A DNA stretch of 64,000 nt from NCBI GenBank assembly GCA_965215505.1, contig OZ244065.1, positions 3,872,001-3,936,000 on the forward strand. The letters run 5' to 3'. The position numbers and the translations under genes were made by a program. The DNA comes from Capsulimonadaceae bacterium. Lineage in GTDB: Bacteria; Armatimonadota; Armatimonadia; Armatimonadales; Capsulimonadaceae. Positions within the stretch are counted from its first letter, which is position 1. Each line of letters begins with the position of its first letter. Of the stretch, positions 37,339-46,202 are shown piece by piece. The notes beneath the pieces are model-generated. The model searched no databases. It saw nothing but the letters and a program-made list of their open reading frames with translations, and was not told the DNA's origin.

Positions 37339-39396
37339 CTACCCCCACGGGAACGGCGGCGCGGGGATGGTGTGGTCGGGCGAGATCTGGTGCGAGACCG
37401 CGTTCAGCAGGACGAAAAAGACCGCGATGCCGAACTCGCCCAGGACAAGCCCCAGGAAGAACGGGCGGGCCGAGCCGTAGACCCGCATGCCGCCGTAGCG
37501 GAGGATGACGGACTTGAAGGCCCAGGCCAGCAGGCAGGGGAACCAGAACTCGATCGTGCTCCACGAGCCGGACAGCGCGTAGCCCAGCGGGTGCAGGGGC
37601 CACCAGAAGAAGGCGGTCCGCATGAAGGTCAGGAAGGCGGTCATCGCCAGCCCGACGCCGAAAAACGTCGGCATCTGCCAGGACGCGCCGGTGGGCAGCA
37701 GGGCGTTCCCCTTGAAGTACTGGCCGTAGTCTATCAAGGTCAGGCCCGGACTGCCCTGCTCCATCCAGTAGTCCATGTGGCCGTTCGCGCCCAGGTGGTA
37801 CGGCAGATAGATGTTCAGCGGGACGGCCACGGCGAAGGCGATCACGACGCCCAACGCTAAAGCCCCGGCGAAGGCGCGGCGGCGGACGCGCGTCCCGTCC
37901 GAGATGCGGGCGGCGTCCAGCATCCCCGTCAGCAGCAGGCCGCGCTGGTCGCGCAGGAACAGGTTGTCGAAGAAGGCCAGCATCGTCAGGTTGGACCCGC
38001 CCAGGGCGTGGACCGGGGCCACCATCCGGTACAGGTCGATGGGCCGGAAGGTCGTCTCGGTCATCAGCATCCCCGCTTCGGCCGTCGAGCGCGCCATGAC
38101 CACGGCGACCACGAAGATGCAGACCAGCAGCTCGAACAGGGCGAGCCAGAGCGACATGCCGTTGACGCAGAGCCAGGCGGCCGAGGCGAGGATGCTGCCC
38201 AGCAGCCCCCAGACCGCCACCTGGTAGGGCAGCAGCTCGTCGGCGTCGTCGGCCCCGTCGTATCCGCCTGGGCGGCTCAGGGCGGCGGCCCAGACCCGGC
38301 GCAGGTGCGGGCGGGCGACCCAGAAGAAGTACCCGGTCAGGACGAAGTAGGCCCCGACCGTCTGGTAGCCGATGAACAGCGGCGGCGGGTAGGCGGGCAT
38401 GCCGGGCATCGGCTGGTTGAAGGAGATCATCACGATCTGCTCGACGCGCGAGACCAGGAAGAAGAACCAGATCGAGAACAGCACGTCGGCGGGCAGCAGG
38501 AAGAAGAAGCCGACGGCGGCGAACGACAGGATGAAGTAGACCTCGCCCGCCACCTGGTTCCAGGGCGGAGCCGTCACATAGTCGCTCATGTTCCACTGGA
38601 CCGGGACGTCCGGGACGGTCGGCTGGATCTGGTGCAGCCACTTGACCGTGTAGACGGCGACGGGCAGCAGGACGCCGAGCCACATGACCCGGTTGCGGAA
38701 GAAGGCGGGCCGGTCCTGGTCGCCCGCGATCTCTAGAGGCAATTGGGCCAGCGGGAAGGCCAGCTTCTCCGAGTCCACCCACTGCTTGCGGAGGATGGCG
38801 GTCAGGCAGAGGAAGGCGAACAGGACCAGGCCGGACAGCAGGCCCCAGTTCAGGACCGGGGACAGCCACGGCCCCCACGGAAGGGCCTCGCCGACGTGCA
38901 GCTTCTTGTAGTAGCCGTCCACGACCGGCTGCGGGCTGGCGTCGCCGGTGTCGTAGGGGACGAGGCCGGGGTGGAGGAACCGTTCGAACGTGTCGTGCCA
39001 GCCGTTCGTGTTGTCGGCGGCGTCGTGCGGGTAGACCAGGGCCGGGACCATCTTCTCCACCAGGCCGTGCGAGGCGGTCATGGCCCCCACCAGGCACATG
39101 CAGTAGATGACCAGCAGGTCCGAGGAGGTCAGGTCCCAGCGCCGGGCCAGCCGCGCGACGCCCCGGCTGACGGCGACGACCAGCAGCATCAGGCCCAGGG
39201 CGGCAGGCGGGAACTGCAAGTACCCGATCTTGATAGTTTGCAGCACCATCTCCGCCCAGGTCACCAGGAAAGCGGTGGCAGCCGCGCCCAGCGCGCCGAT
39301 GAGCAGGGCGCGGGCGCGCGGCCCGCCCTTGACGGCCTCATGCCGGGGCGCTCCGCCCGAGGATTCCCCGATCAGTTCCGTTTCCGCTCGCGCCAT
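37339..39396 (-). CDS. Polytopic membrane protein, DUF6785/DUF6784 (OPT-like) family
   Basis: Many TM helices; LRKQWVDSEKLAFPLAQLP, WWPLHPLGY and RYGG..Y..ARPFFLGLVLGE. Confidence 0.82.
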   Translation of the reverse strand: MARAETELIGESSGGAPRHEAVKGGPRARALLIGALGAAATAFLVTWAEMVLQTIKIGYLQFPPAALGLMLLVVAVSRGVARLARRWDLTSSDLLVIYCMCLVGAMTASHGLVEKMVPALVYPHDAADNTNGWHDTFERFLHPGLVPYDTGDASPQPVVDGYYKKLHVGEALPWGPWLSPVLNWGLLSGLVLFAFLCLTAILRKQWVDSEKLAFPLAQLPLEIAGDQDRPAFFRNRVMWLGVLLPVAVYTVKWLHQIQPTVPDVPVQWNMSDYVTAPPWNQVAGEVYFILSFAAVGFFFLLPADVLFSIWFFFLVSRVEQIVMISFNQPMPGMPAYPPPLFIGYQTVGAYFVLTGYFFWVARPHLRRVWAAALSRPGGYDGADDADELLPYQVAVWGLLGSILASAAWLCVNGMSLWLALFELLVCIFVVAVVMARSTAEAGMLMTETTFRPIDLYRMVAPVHALGGSNLTMLAFFDNLFLRDQRGLLLTGMLDAARISDGTRVRRRAFAGALALGVVIAFAVAVPLNIYLPYHLGANGHMDYWMEQGSPGLTLIDYGQYFKGNALLPTGASWQMPTFFGVGLAMTAFLTFMRTAFFWWPLHPLGYALSGSWSTIEFWFPCLLAWAFKSVILRYGGMRVYGSARPFFLGLVLGEFGIAVFFVLLNAVSHQISPDHTIPAPPFPWG

Positions 39397-39425
39397 TGCG
39401 TCCCCTCTCGTCCGTGGCCCCGAGC

Positions 39426-40361
39426 CTATGGCTTCAAGTGCCGGGTGAGCCATTCAAGGGCCATCGCGCCATAGGTCTGCGGGTCGCCGGGGTTCAGGAA
39501 GCCGTGGCCCAGCTTGTACATCACCGCCAGCTCCGTCTCCACACCCGCCGCGTGCAGGGCGTCGGCCATCCGCTCCGACTGGTCGGGGGCGACCAGGGGG
39601 TCGTCCGTGCCGGTGATGATGAGCGTTGGGGCGGACTTCGCATCCGCCGAGAAGAGCGGCGAGGCGGCCCGCGCCTGGGCCGGGACGTCCTGCGGCTGCC
39701 CGCCGAGCAGGTCGTTCAGCACATGGGCGACATATTTCTGGCCGCCGGTCCGTGGCACGGTGGGCGTCGCGGTCGTCAGGTCGGACGGCCCGTAGAAGTC
39801 CACGACGCACTGGGCGCGGCTGCTCTGGGATGCCAGGGCCGAGTCGGCGTTGTCCCGCGTGTCGCGCGTCCCCAGGATCAAAGCCAGGTGCCCGCCCGCC
39901 GAGTCGCCCAGCGCGCCGAGCCGGGCCGGGTCAAGGTGGTACTCCCCCGCGCGGGCGCGCACCCACCGGGCCGCCCGCTGGACATCGTCCGCCTGGGCCG
40001 GGTAGCGGGCCGCCGGGGTCAGCCGGTAGTTGACCGAGAAGGCGACGAACCCGCGCGCGGCCAGCGCCCTGCCTAATGGGGCATAGAAGCCCTTGTCGCC
40101 GCCCTGCCAGCCCCCGCCGTGGATCAGTTCCACGGCCGGACGCGGCCCGGCGAAGCCGGCGGGCAGGTATACGTCCATCTTCTGCGCCGGGTCCGCGCCG
40201 TAGGCCAGGTCCGCGAGGACGCGCGGCTTGGCGTCCGGGGCGGCTGCCTGTGGAACGGCGGCTTGGGGGGCCGCCGGGGCGGAGAAGGCGGGGGAGATGC
40301 CGGCGGCGAGGCTCAAGAACCCGAGTGCCGTTGTTAGTCGAAGTGCGGTACGGTTTATCAT
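39426..40361 (-). CDS. Secreted alpha/beta hydrolase (HSL/BD-FAE-like esterase)
   Basis: Signal peptide, IHGGGW, NYRL, GDSAGG, GTDD.LV and GHGF. Confidence 0.9.
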   Translation of the reverse strand: MINRTALRLTTALGFLSLAAGISPAFSAPAAPQAAVPQAAAPDAKPRVLADLAYGADPAQKMDVYLPAGFAGPRPAVELIHGGGWQGGDKGFYAPLGRALAARGFVAFSVNYRLTPAARYPAQADDVQRAARWVRARAGEYHLDPARLGALGDSAGGHLALILGTRDTRDNADSALASQSSRAQCVVDFYGPSDLTTATPTVPRTGGQKYVAHVLNDLLGGQPQDVPAQARAASPLFSADAKSAPTLIITGTDDPLVAPDQSERMADALHAAGVETELAVMYKLGHGFLNPGDPQTYGAMALEWLTRHLKP

Positions 40362-40522
40362 GGCATCCTTTGGCGCGTGGCGGCACTTGTGGTGCCCCTG
40401 TCGCAATGGCTCATTTTACCTGATGCCGCCCGGAAACCCGCCTCGCCCCGCCCCGTTTCGGGTAGAATGATGGGGGCAGCTCTGCCGCTGCCGCTGTTCC
40501 GCCGGAGACGACCACGATTTTC

Positions 40523-41347
40523 ATGCCCGTTTTCATGCCCGTCAGCCCTCTGCACTTGCTCCTCCTTTTCGCCGCCGCCTTCGTCGCGGGCGCGATCAAC
40601 TCCGTGGCGGGCGGCGGGACCCTGCTGACGTTCCCGACCCTGCTGGCCGTTCTGGGGGGCGTGCCGAACGGCTCGATCATCGCCAATGGGACCAGCACCG
40701 TCGCTCTCGTGCCAGGCTCCCTCAGCGCCTTCTGGGGCTACCGGGGGGAGATGCGCGGCGCGCGCCGTGAGCTGTGGACTATGGCGGTGCCGAGCCTGCT
40801 GGGCGGGGCTGTCGGCGCGTATCTTGCCACCCACGTCAGCGCGGGCCTGTTCAGCCGCCTCGTCCCCTGGCTGATCTTCCTGGCGACGTTCCTGTTTCTG
40901 ATCCAGGACTGGGTGCGGCGGCGGTTGAACAAGCCGGGTGCGCCGGAGCAGGACGCCCTGGACCCGCCCTCGGGCCGGCTGCCCCTCGGCGCGATGCTGT
41001 TCCAGTTCTTCGTCGCCGTCTACGGCGGCTTCTTCGGGGCGGGGATCGGCATCCTGATGCTGGCCGCGCTGGGCTTCCTGGGCCAGACCAACATCCACCG
41101 GATGAACGGCCTGAAGAACTTCGCCGCCGTCTGCATCAACGGGGTGGGGGCCTTGACCTTCATCCTGTACCGCCGGGTGGACTGGCCCCTGGCCGCGCTC
41201 ATGGCCGTCGCCGCCGTCCTGGGCGGCTTGGGCGGCGCGGGCCTGGCCCGCCGCGTCGGGCAGGCGAACGTCCGCCGCACGGTCATCGCCATCGGCCTGG
41301 TCTTCGGCGTGAACACGCTCCTGGGCCAGCTTCACATCAAACTCTGA
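40523..41347 (+). CDS. TauE/SafE (TSUP) family exporter
   Basis: AGAINSVAGGG, ANGT, YGGFFGAGIG and NGLKN. Confidence 0.9.
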   Translation: MPVFMPVSPLHLLLLFAAAFVAGAINSVAGGGTLLTFPTLLAVLGGVPNGSIIANGTSTVALVPGSLSAFWGYRGEMRGARRELWTMAVPSLLGGAVGAYLATHVSAGLFSRLVPWLIFLATFLFLIQDWVRRRLNKPGAPEQDALDPPSGRLPLGAMLFQFFVAVYGGFFGAGIGILMLAALGFLGQTNIHRMNGLKNFAAVCINGVGALTFILYRRVDWPLAALMAVAAVLGGLGGAGLARRVGQANVRRTVIAIGLVFGVNTLLGQLHIKL

Positions 41348-41363
41348 AACGATCGGAGGTTCC

Positions 41364-42140
41364 ATGTCCCTGAAGATAGGACAAGCCGACTCGCCGGCCG
41401 AAGCGCCTGCGGGTCAATCCCCTGCGAAGAAGCACTGGTCGAGGTACATGGGCGAGAAGGTCCAGCAGCGATTCGTGGACTTCCGCGACGATTCGGAGCC
41501 GCGCTGGCCGGCCATCATCGCCCTCGTGGCCGGGGCCGGCCTGTTCGGCGTCCTGCCTAAAGTCCTGTCCTTCGGCCCGCGCTGGCTGCCCGCCGTCATC
41601 GTGGGCGTCCTGCTAGTGCCGACGCTGCTGACGCACCTGCGCGGGCACCATAACGTCAACCGCATCCTGGGACTCCTGGTCGCCGGAGTCGAGACGTTCT
41701 TCATGGTCGCCTCGCTCTTCAAACTGGTCGGCACGATGGTGGACCCGCACCTGGCATTACACAAGGAGTCCCCGGAGCGGCTGCTGCTCTCGGCGGGCGC
41801 GCTTTGGCTGACAAACGTCCTGGTGTTCGCCTTGTGGTACTGGCACCTGGACGCGGGCGGCCCCAACCAGCGCGACCAGCGGCCCGGCCACTGCCACGGG
41901 TCGTTCCTGTTCCCGCAGATGACCATGAGCGAGGAGCGGCTGGCCGAGTCGGGGCAGGCGAACTGGTCGCCGGGCTTCATGGACTATCTGTTCCTGGCCT
42001 TCAACTCCAGCACTGCCCTCTCGCCCGCCGACACGGCCGTCCTGTCGCGCTGGGCCAAGCTGCTGATGATGGTCCAGGCCGTCATTTCCCTGACTGTCAT
42101 CGCCGTCGTCGCGGCCCGCGCCATCAACACACTCAGCTAG
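41364..42140 (+). CDS. DUF1345-like membrane protein
   Basis: WLTNVLVFALWYWHLDAGGP, FLFPQM and PGFMDYLFLAFNSSTA.SP.D. Confidence 0.8.
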   Translation: MSLKIGQADSPAEAPAGQSPAKKHWSRYMGEKVQQRFVDFRDDSEPRWPAIIALVAGAGLFGVLPKVLSFGPRWLPAVIVGVLLVPTLLTHLRGHHNVNRILGLLVAGVETFFMVASLFKLVGTMVDPHLALHKESPERLLLSAGALWLTNVLVFALWYWHLDAGGPNQRDQRPGHCHGSFLFPQMTMSEERLAESGQANWSPGFMDYLFLAFNSSTALSPADTAVLSRWAKLLMMVQAVISLTVIAVVAARAINTLS

Positions 42141-42149
42141 GAGAACTCC

Positions 42150-42824
42150 ATGCCCGACGAGATCGAAGTCCCCCTGGAACAGTCCCAGGAACACATCGAG
42201 AAGGCCCACGAGGAGCATGAGGGGCATCACGGGGAAGGCGAGGAGAAGGGCAAAAGCGGCTGGACGCGCTTCATCGCGGTCGCGACGGCGATATTGGCCG
42301 TGGTCGCCGCCATCGGTGCCCTGAAGTCGGGCCTGCTCGTCAATGAGGCGCTGCTCGCCAAGAACGACGCCCTGCTCCAGAAGAGCGAGCAGGTCAAGCA
42401 CCTGACGGACAAGAGCGACAGCTACAACTATTATCAGGCTGAGGGCCTGAAGTCGCTGATCTACCAGACCGCCGCCCAGGCCTTGCCGCCCGACTCGGCG
42501 GCCGCCGCAGACGACTTGAAGCAGTCCGCGCATTACAAGGACAAGCAGGACGAGATCAAGAAGCAGGCCGACGAGGCCGACGCCAAGGGGCGGGAGGCCG
42601 AGGAGAAGGCGGCGAAAGCCAACGAGGAGTCGGCGAAGATCATGGAGAAGCACCACATGTTCGCCTTCTCGGTGAGCCTGTGCCAGATCGCCATCGCCCT
42701 GTCCGCCATCGCCGCCCTGACCCGGAGCCGCCGCGTCTGGTTCTTCGGCCTGGCGGCGGGCCTTGCCGGCATCGCCGCCCTGGTCGGCGGCTTCGCCGGC
42801 CTGCACCTGCCGTTCGCGTTCTGA
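42150..42824 (+). CDS. DUF4337-family membrane protein
   Basis: IAVATAILAVVAAI, SDSYNYYQA and QIAIALSAIAALT. Confidence 0.82.
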   Translation: MPDEIEVPLEQSQEHIEKAHEEHEGHHGEGEEKGKSGWTRFIAVATAILAVVAAIGALKSGLLVNEALLAKNDALLQKSEQVKHLTDKSDSYNYYQAEGLKSLIYQTAAQALPPDSAAAADDLKQSAHYKDKQDEIKKQADEADAKGREAEEKAAKANEESAKIMEKHHMFAFSVSLCQIAIALSAIAALTRSRRVWFFGLAAGLAGIAALVGGFAGLHLPFAF

Positions 42825-42859
42825 TTGCCTGCCCCGTAAGGGCGCGATAAATCGCGCCC

Positions 42860-43423
42860 CTACTCCGTCAAAGCCAGGAGCTGTTCCACGAATTTCGCCT
42901 GCTCGGTGCCTTTTTTGCCTTCCAGCCATCGCTCGAACAGGGCGCGGCTCTCGGCGGGCAGGATGCCGCCGGTGACCTCGGGGGCGCTGCTTTCCGGGCT
43001 TTCCGGGGGCTTGACCCGCCGCGTCCCGTTGTCGGCGGGCGCGTTCAGGCCGAACAGGACGTGCGCCACGCCCGCTTCCATGGCCGCGCCCAGGCACATC
43101 ACGCAGGGCTCCAGGGTCGAAACCATGATGACGTCTTCGGCGTCGAGCGGCAGGGCGGGCGGCTGGCCGCCCCGACTGCCGGCGCTCTCGAAGGCCACCA
43201 TTTCGGCGTGGGCCGTCTTGCGCCCCAGCGCGTTCAGACGGTTGTGGCCGCGCGCGACGACGCGCAGGTCCGGCCCGGACCCCATCGCCAGGACGCAGCC
43301 GATGGGTGCCTCCCCCTCGGCCATGCCCCGCTCGGCTTCGGCCAGGGCCTCGCGCATCAGCATCTCCTGCTGGTCATCCGTCAGATCAATCCGAGACTTC
43401 GTATTAGGCTTCGTATTGGACAC
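42860..43423 (-). CDS. Zinc-dependent nucleoside/nucleotide deaminase (TadA/CDA superfamily)
   Basis: GEAPIG, HAE and TLEPCVMC. Confidence 0.88.
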   Translation of the reverse strand: MSNTKPNTKSRIDLTDDQQEMLMREALAEAERGMAEGEAPIGCVLAMGSGPDLRVVARGHNRLNALGRKTAHAEMVAFESAGSRGGQPPALPLDAEDVIMVSTLEPCVMCLGAAMEAGVAHVLFGLNAPADNGTRRVKPPESPESSAPEVTGGILPAESRALFERWLEGKKGTEQAKFVEQLLALTE

Positions 43424-43508
43424 GGTCGGTGCCTCGCTTTCCGGCCCTGTTGTACCCGGAACGGGGCGCGGCTATGGCAGGCGGGGCGGGGGCGGGAGGC
43501 GCGGCATG

Positions 43509-43539
43509 AAAAGACCGGGCGAGTTTCCTCGCCCGGTTC
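43509..43539 (-). terminator. Intrinsic terminator closing the protease-peptide unit
   Basis: Minus strand ACCGGGCGAG-GAAA-CTCGCCCGGT followed by CTTTT. Confidence 0.8.
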
Positions 43540-43558
43540 CTGTTCAGCCTTGTCCTGT

Positions 43559-43633
43559 TCATCCGTCCCAGATGATGCGGGGCCGGGGGTGTGGCCGGGG
43601 GCGCACGCTGCGCCTGTCAGGCTTCGGCGTCAT
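43559..43633 (-). CDS. Putative 24-aa peptide MTPKPDRRSVRPRPHPRPRIIWDG
   Basis: GAAGGAG ends 6 nt upstream of ATG 43633. The ORF sits between the protease stop (43663) and the terminator. Confidence 0.6.
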   Translation of the reverse strand: MTPKPDRRSVRPRPHPRPRIIWDG

Positions 43634-43662
43634 GGTCATCTCCTTCCGATCCGTCTGCGTCC

Positions 43663-45744
43663 CTATTCGCCCGCGACGGCTGTGGAGGTGAGGTCCACGG
43701 CCGGCGTGCTGCTGCCCCAGGTCGCCCGGCTGCCCCAGGTCGCCCGGTCGGCACCCGCCAGGGCGCTGCCCCAGGTGGCCCGGTCGGCGTCCGTCAGCGA
43801 ACTGCCCCAGGTGGCCCGGTCGGCGGCCGCCGCCGTGCTGCCCCAGGTCGCCCGGTCCATGAACAGCGAGGTGCTGCCGTCGGGGTTGGTCGTGCTGCCC
43901 CAGGTCGCCCGGTCGGCCCCGACGGAGCTGCCCCAGGTGGCCCGCAGGTCGGTCAGCCCGGTGCCCCACAGGCCGGCGGTCCAGCTCGCCTGGTTGAGGA
44001 CCAGGGAGAGGGTGCCGTCACTGTTGAGCAGCAGGGCGGGGCTGAGGGCGGGGAGGGTGGGCGTGACGGTGCTGGCCAGCGCGGCGGGGATGTCGAGGTA
44101 GCCGGCGCCGTAGGTGAGGGCGTCGCCGGTCCCGTCGGGGGCGGCCCACTTGTCGGCGGAGACCATCAGGCGGGCCTTGATCGTGTCGGGCGTCAGGTTC
44201 GGGTTGGCCTGGAGCATCAGGGCGGCGGCCCCGGCGACGACGGGGGAGGCCATGCTCGTCCCCGACAACTGGAAGTAGTCCCCGGAGGAACCCGTGACCC
44301 CGAGGTTCGCGAGGGACGCCGGTGTCACATAGGAGGTGTAGGGGATCTGGTTGCTACCGCTGTTGTAGGAGTCCAGCGCGCTGCCCTGGGCGTCCAGCGA
44401 GATGACCTTGTTGCCCGCCGCGACGATGTCGGGCTTGAGGATCAGGTCCACGCGGGACGGCCCCCGGCTGGAGTAGGTCGCGATCTTGTCGTCCGTGCGG
44501 TTCGTGTCCGGCGTGCCGTCCGGGTTGAGGGCGCGCTTTGCGGCCCCGACGGTGATGACGTAGGGGTCGTTGGCGGGCGACTGGATGGAGCCGTAGTCGG
44601 TGCCCCAGCCCTCGTTGGAAGCGCCGGGGACGTTCAGGGCGCCGAGGCGGCCAGTGTTGCCCGCCGCGCAGACGACGACGATGCCCGCCCGGTAAACGGC
44701 CTCGACGGCCTGGCAGAGCGGGTCGTTGACGTAAGTGTCTCCGACCGGGTGGCCGAGCGAGAGGTTGACGACGCGGATCGGGGCCTTCTTGTTGTCGTAC
44801 TGGTGGGCGACGATCCACTGGAGGCCAGCGATGACGGCGCTGACGTCGGCCTGTCCGGTCTGGTCGAGTACGCGGACGTTGACGATGTTGGCCTGCGGCG
44901 CGATGCCGTTGAAGGTGTGATAGCAGTAGGCGGCGGGGGAGCGCGAGCCGTTGCCGGCGATGATGCCGGCGACGTGGGTGCCGTGTCCGCAGGGGTCGTA
45001 GCCGTTGGAACTGGGGGCGCTGCCCAGCAGGAGGTTGGTGTCGGTGTCCCCCTCGGCGTCATCGCCGCCTTTGTTCTTCCCCTTGCCGTTCCCGCCGCCG
45101 TTGCCGCCGGATGCGGCGCCGCCGGAGAGGGCGTTGGCGAAGTTGGCGCTGCCGATCACGCGGGACGCGGCCTTGTTGGAGAGGTCGCCGGCCTGGCTGC
45201 TCAGGTCCGCGACGGGCATCACGCCGCTGTCAACCACGGCGACGGTCACGCCCAGCCCGGTGAGCTGGTAGGGCTTGTTCTTCTTGCCCAGCCCCACGGC
45301 CAGGCCGGCCTCGCTGGAGCCGACGGTGAACTCGTCGCTCTTGCGGACCACCCCGTCAAGCGAGAGGTGGGTGACGAACGGCAGCGCGGCCACGCGGCCC
45401 AGGCTGCGCGAGGGCACGCGCACGGCCACCGACCGGATGAAGGGCAGGCGGCGGATGATGTCCGCCCCCAGCGCCCGCAGGGACGCTTCCTGAGCGGGCG
45501 TCAGTGTATCCGCCGTCTTGAGGATGACGGACGACCATCCCGCGCCGGGCCTTACGGCCAGGGTCCGGGCGACGAACAGGTCGGCTTTGGATGCTGTGGA
45601 GGGGGCTGGAGTGGGGGCATCGGCAGACGGGGCGGCGTGGGCCGCGCCCGCCAGCATGGAGGCCACCAGGGAAGAGGTCAGGCCGGCCAGGAGCGCCGGT
45701 GCCAGCCGGGTCCATCCCCGGCGGCAAGAGTCGTTTCGGATCAT
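43663..45744 (-). CDS. Secreted S8 subtilase with propeptide and seven C-terminal RATWGS repeats (paralog A)
   Basis: Signal peptide, VVDSG, HGTHVAG, AAGN and SGTSMA; repeats at 43711-43944. Confidence 0.93.
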   Translation of the reverse strand: MIRNDSCRRGWTRLAPALLAGLTSSLVASMLAGAAHAAPSADAPTPAPSTASKADLFVARTLAVRPGAGWSSVILKTADTLTPAQEASLRALGADIIRRLPFIRSVAVRVPSRSLGRVAALPFVTHLSLDGVVRKSDEFTVGSSEAGLAVGLGKKNKPYQLTGLGVTVAVVDSGVMPVADLSSQAGDLSNKAASRVIGSANFANALSGGAASGGNGGGNGKGKNKGGDDAEGDTDTNLLLGSAPSSNGYDPCGHGTHVAGIIAGNGSRSPAAYCYHTFNGIAPQANIVNVRVLDQTGQADVSAVIAGLQWIVAHQYDNKKAPIRVVNLSLGHPVGDTYVNDPLCQAVEAVYRAGIVVVCAAGNTGRLGALNVPGASNEGWGTDYGSIQSPANDPYVITVGAAKRALNPDGTPDTNRTDDKIATYSSRGPSRVDLILKPDIVAAGNKVISLDAQGSALDSYNSGSNQIPYTSYVTPASLANLGVTGSSGDYFQLSGTSMASPVVAGAAALMLQANPNLTPDTIKARLMVSADKWAAPDGTGDALTYGAGYLDIPAALASTVTPTLPALSPALLLNSDGTLSLVLNQASWTAGLWGTGLTDLRATWGSSVGADRATWGSTTNPDGSTSLFMDRATWGSTAAAADRATWGSSLTDADRATWGSALAGADRATWGSRATWGSSTPAVDLTSTAVAGE

Positions 45745-45765
45745 TCGTCTTCTTCTCCCTCGGAA

Positions 45766-45874
45766 TCGCGTCGTTCGGCGGCCCGGCGGCCCTGCCTTGC
45801 CCTGAATGGGGCGGGGGTTAGGCCCGTGGCTTTGCGTCCCGCGCTTTCGCGCGGTTTGCTCTTGTCAATCGCGA
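45766..45874 (-). ncRNA. GEMM-I riboswitch aptamer, A20 variant (proximal, paralog A)
   Basis: Minus strand GACAAG-A-GCAAACC-GCGC-GAAA-GCGC-GGGACGCAAAGCCACGGGCCTAA...GGCCGCCGGGCCGCCGAA; position 20 at 45860. Confidence 0.88.
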
Positions 45875-45930
45875 AGGATCGTTTGCTGTGGCTCGGTCGG
45901 CCCGACAGGAGAGTGTCACTTGGGGAGTGT

Positions 45931-46025
45931 CGCCCGTGCGGCAGCTCGGCTGTCTCCTCGATAAGGGGGGAGACCCGCTGGCTTTGCGTCCCGGCCTCGC
46001 GGCCGGTTTGCCCTTGTCGGGGGCG
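45931..46025 (-). ncRNA. GEMM-I (c-di-GMP-I) riboswitch aptamer, G20 (distal, paralog A)
   Basis: Minus strand GACAAG-G-GCAAACC-GGCC-GCGA-GGCC-GGGACGCAAAGCCAGCGGGTCTCC...GGAGACAGCCGAGCTGCCG; position 20 at 46012. Confidence 0.88.
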
Positions 46026-46131
46026 GAGAGAACCATCAAGAGAGATTATGGCGTCCGCAGGCACGGGCGTTCACTGTGGGAAGTGCGGGAAATGTGCAGC
46101 GGGGGGAAGTTCGGTCAGGCCTGCGACAAGA

Positions 46132-46166
46132 GTATCGGGGGGAGCGCGGTGCGCTCCCCCCGATAC
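46132..46166 (-). terminator. Perfect 16-bp hairpin after paralog B
   Basis: GTATCGGGGGGAGCGC-GGT-GCGCTCCCCCCGATAC; weak U-tract (TCTT) on the minus strand. Confidence 0.65.
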
Positions 46167-46202
46167 CGTCAATCTACCTCTGCCGGTCCGGCCGCTCCCT
46201 TC

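Noticed and set aside
43711-43944. Spaced 18-bp repeats (GCTGCCCCAGGTCGCCCG), also at 46251-46484, resembling a CRISPR array
   Set aside because: They are in-frame RATWGS codons with wobble variation and irregular spacers inside protease genes; there are no cas genes.
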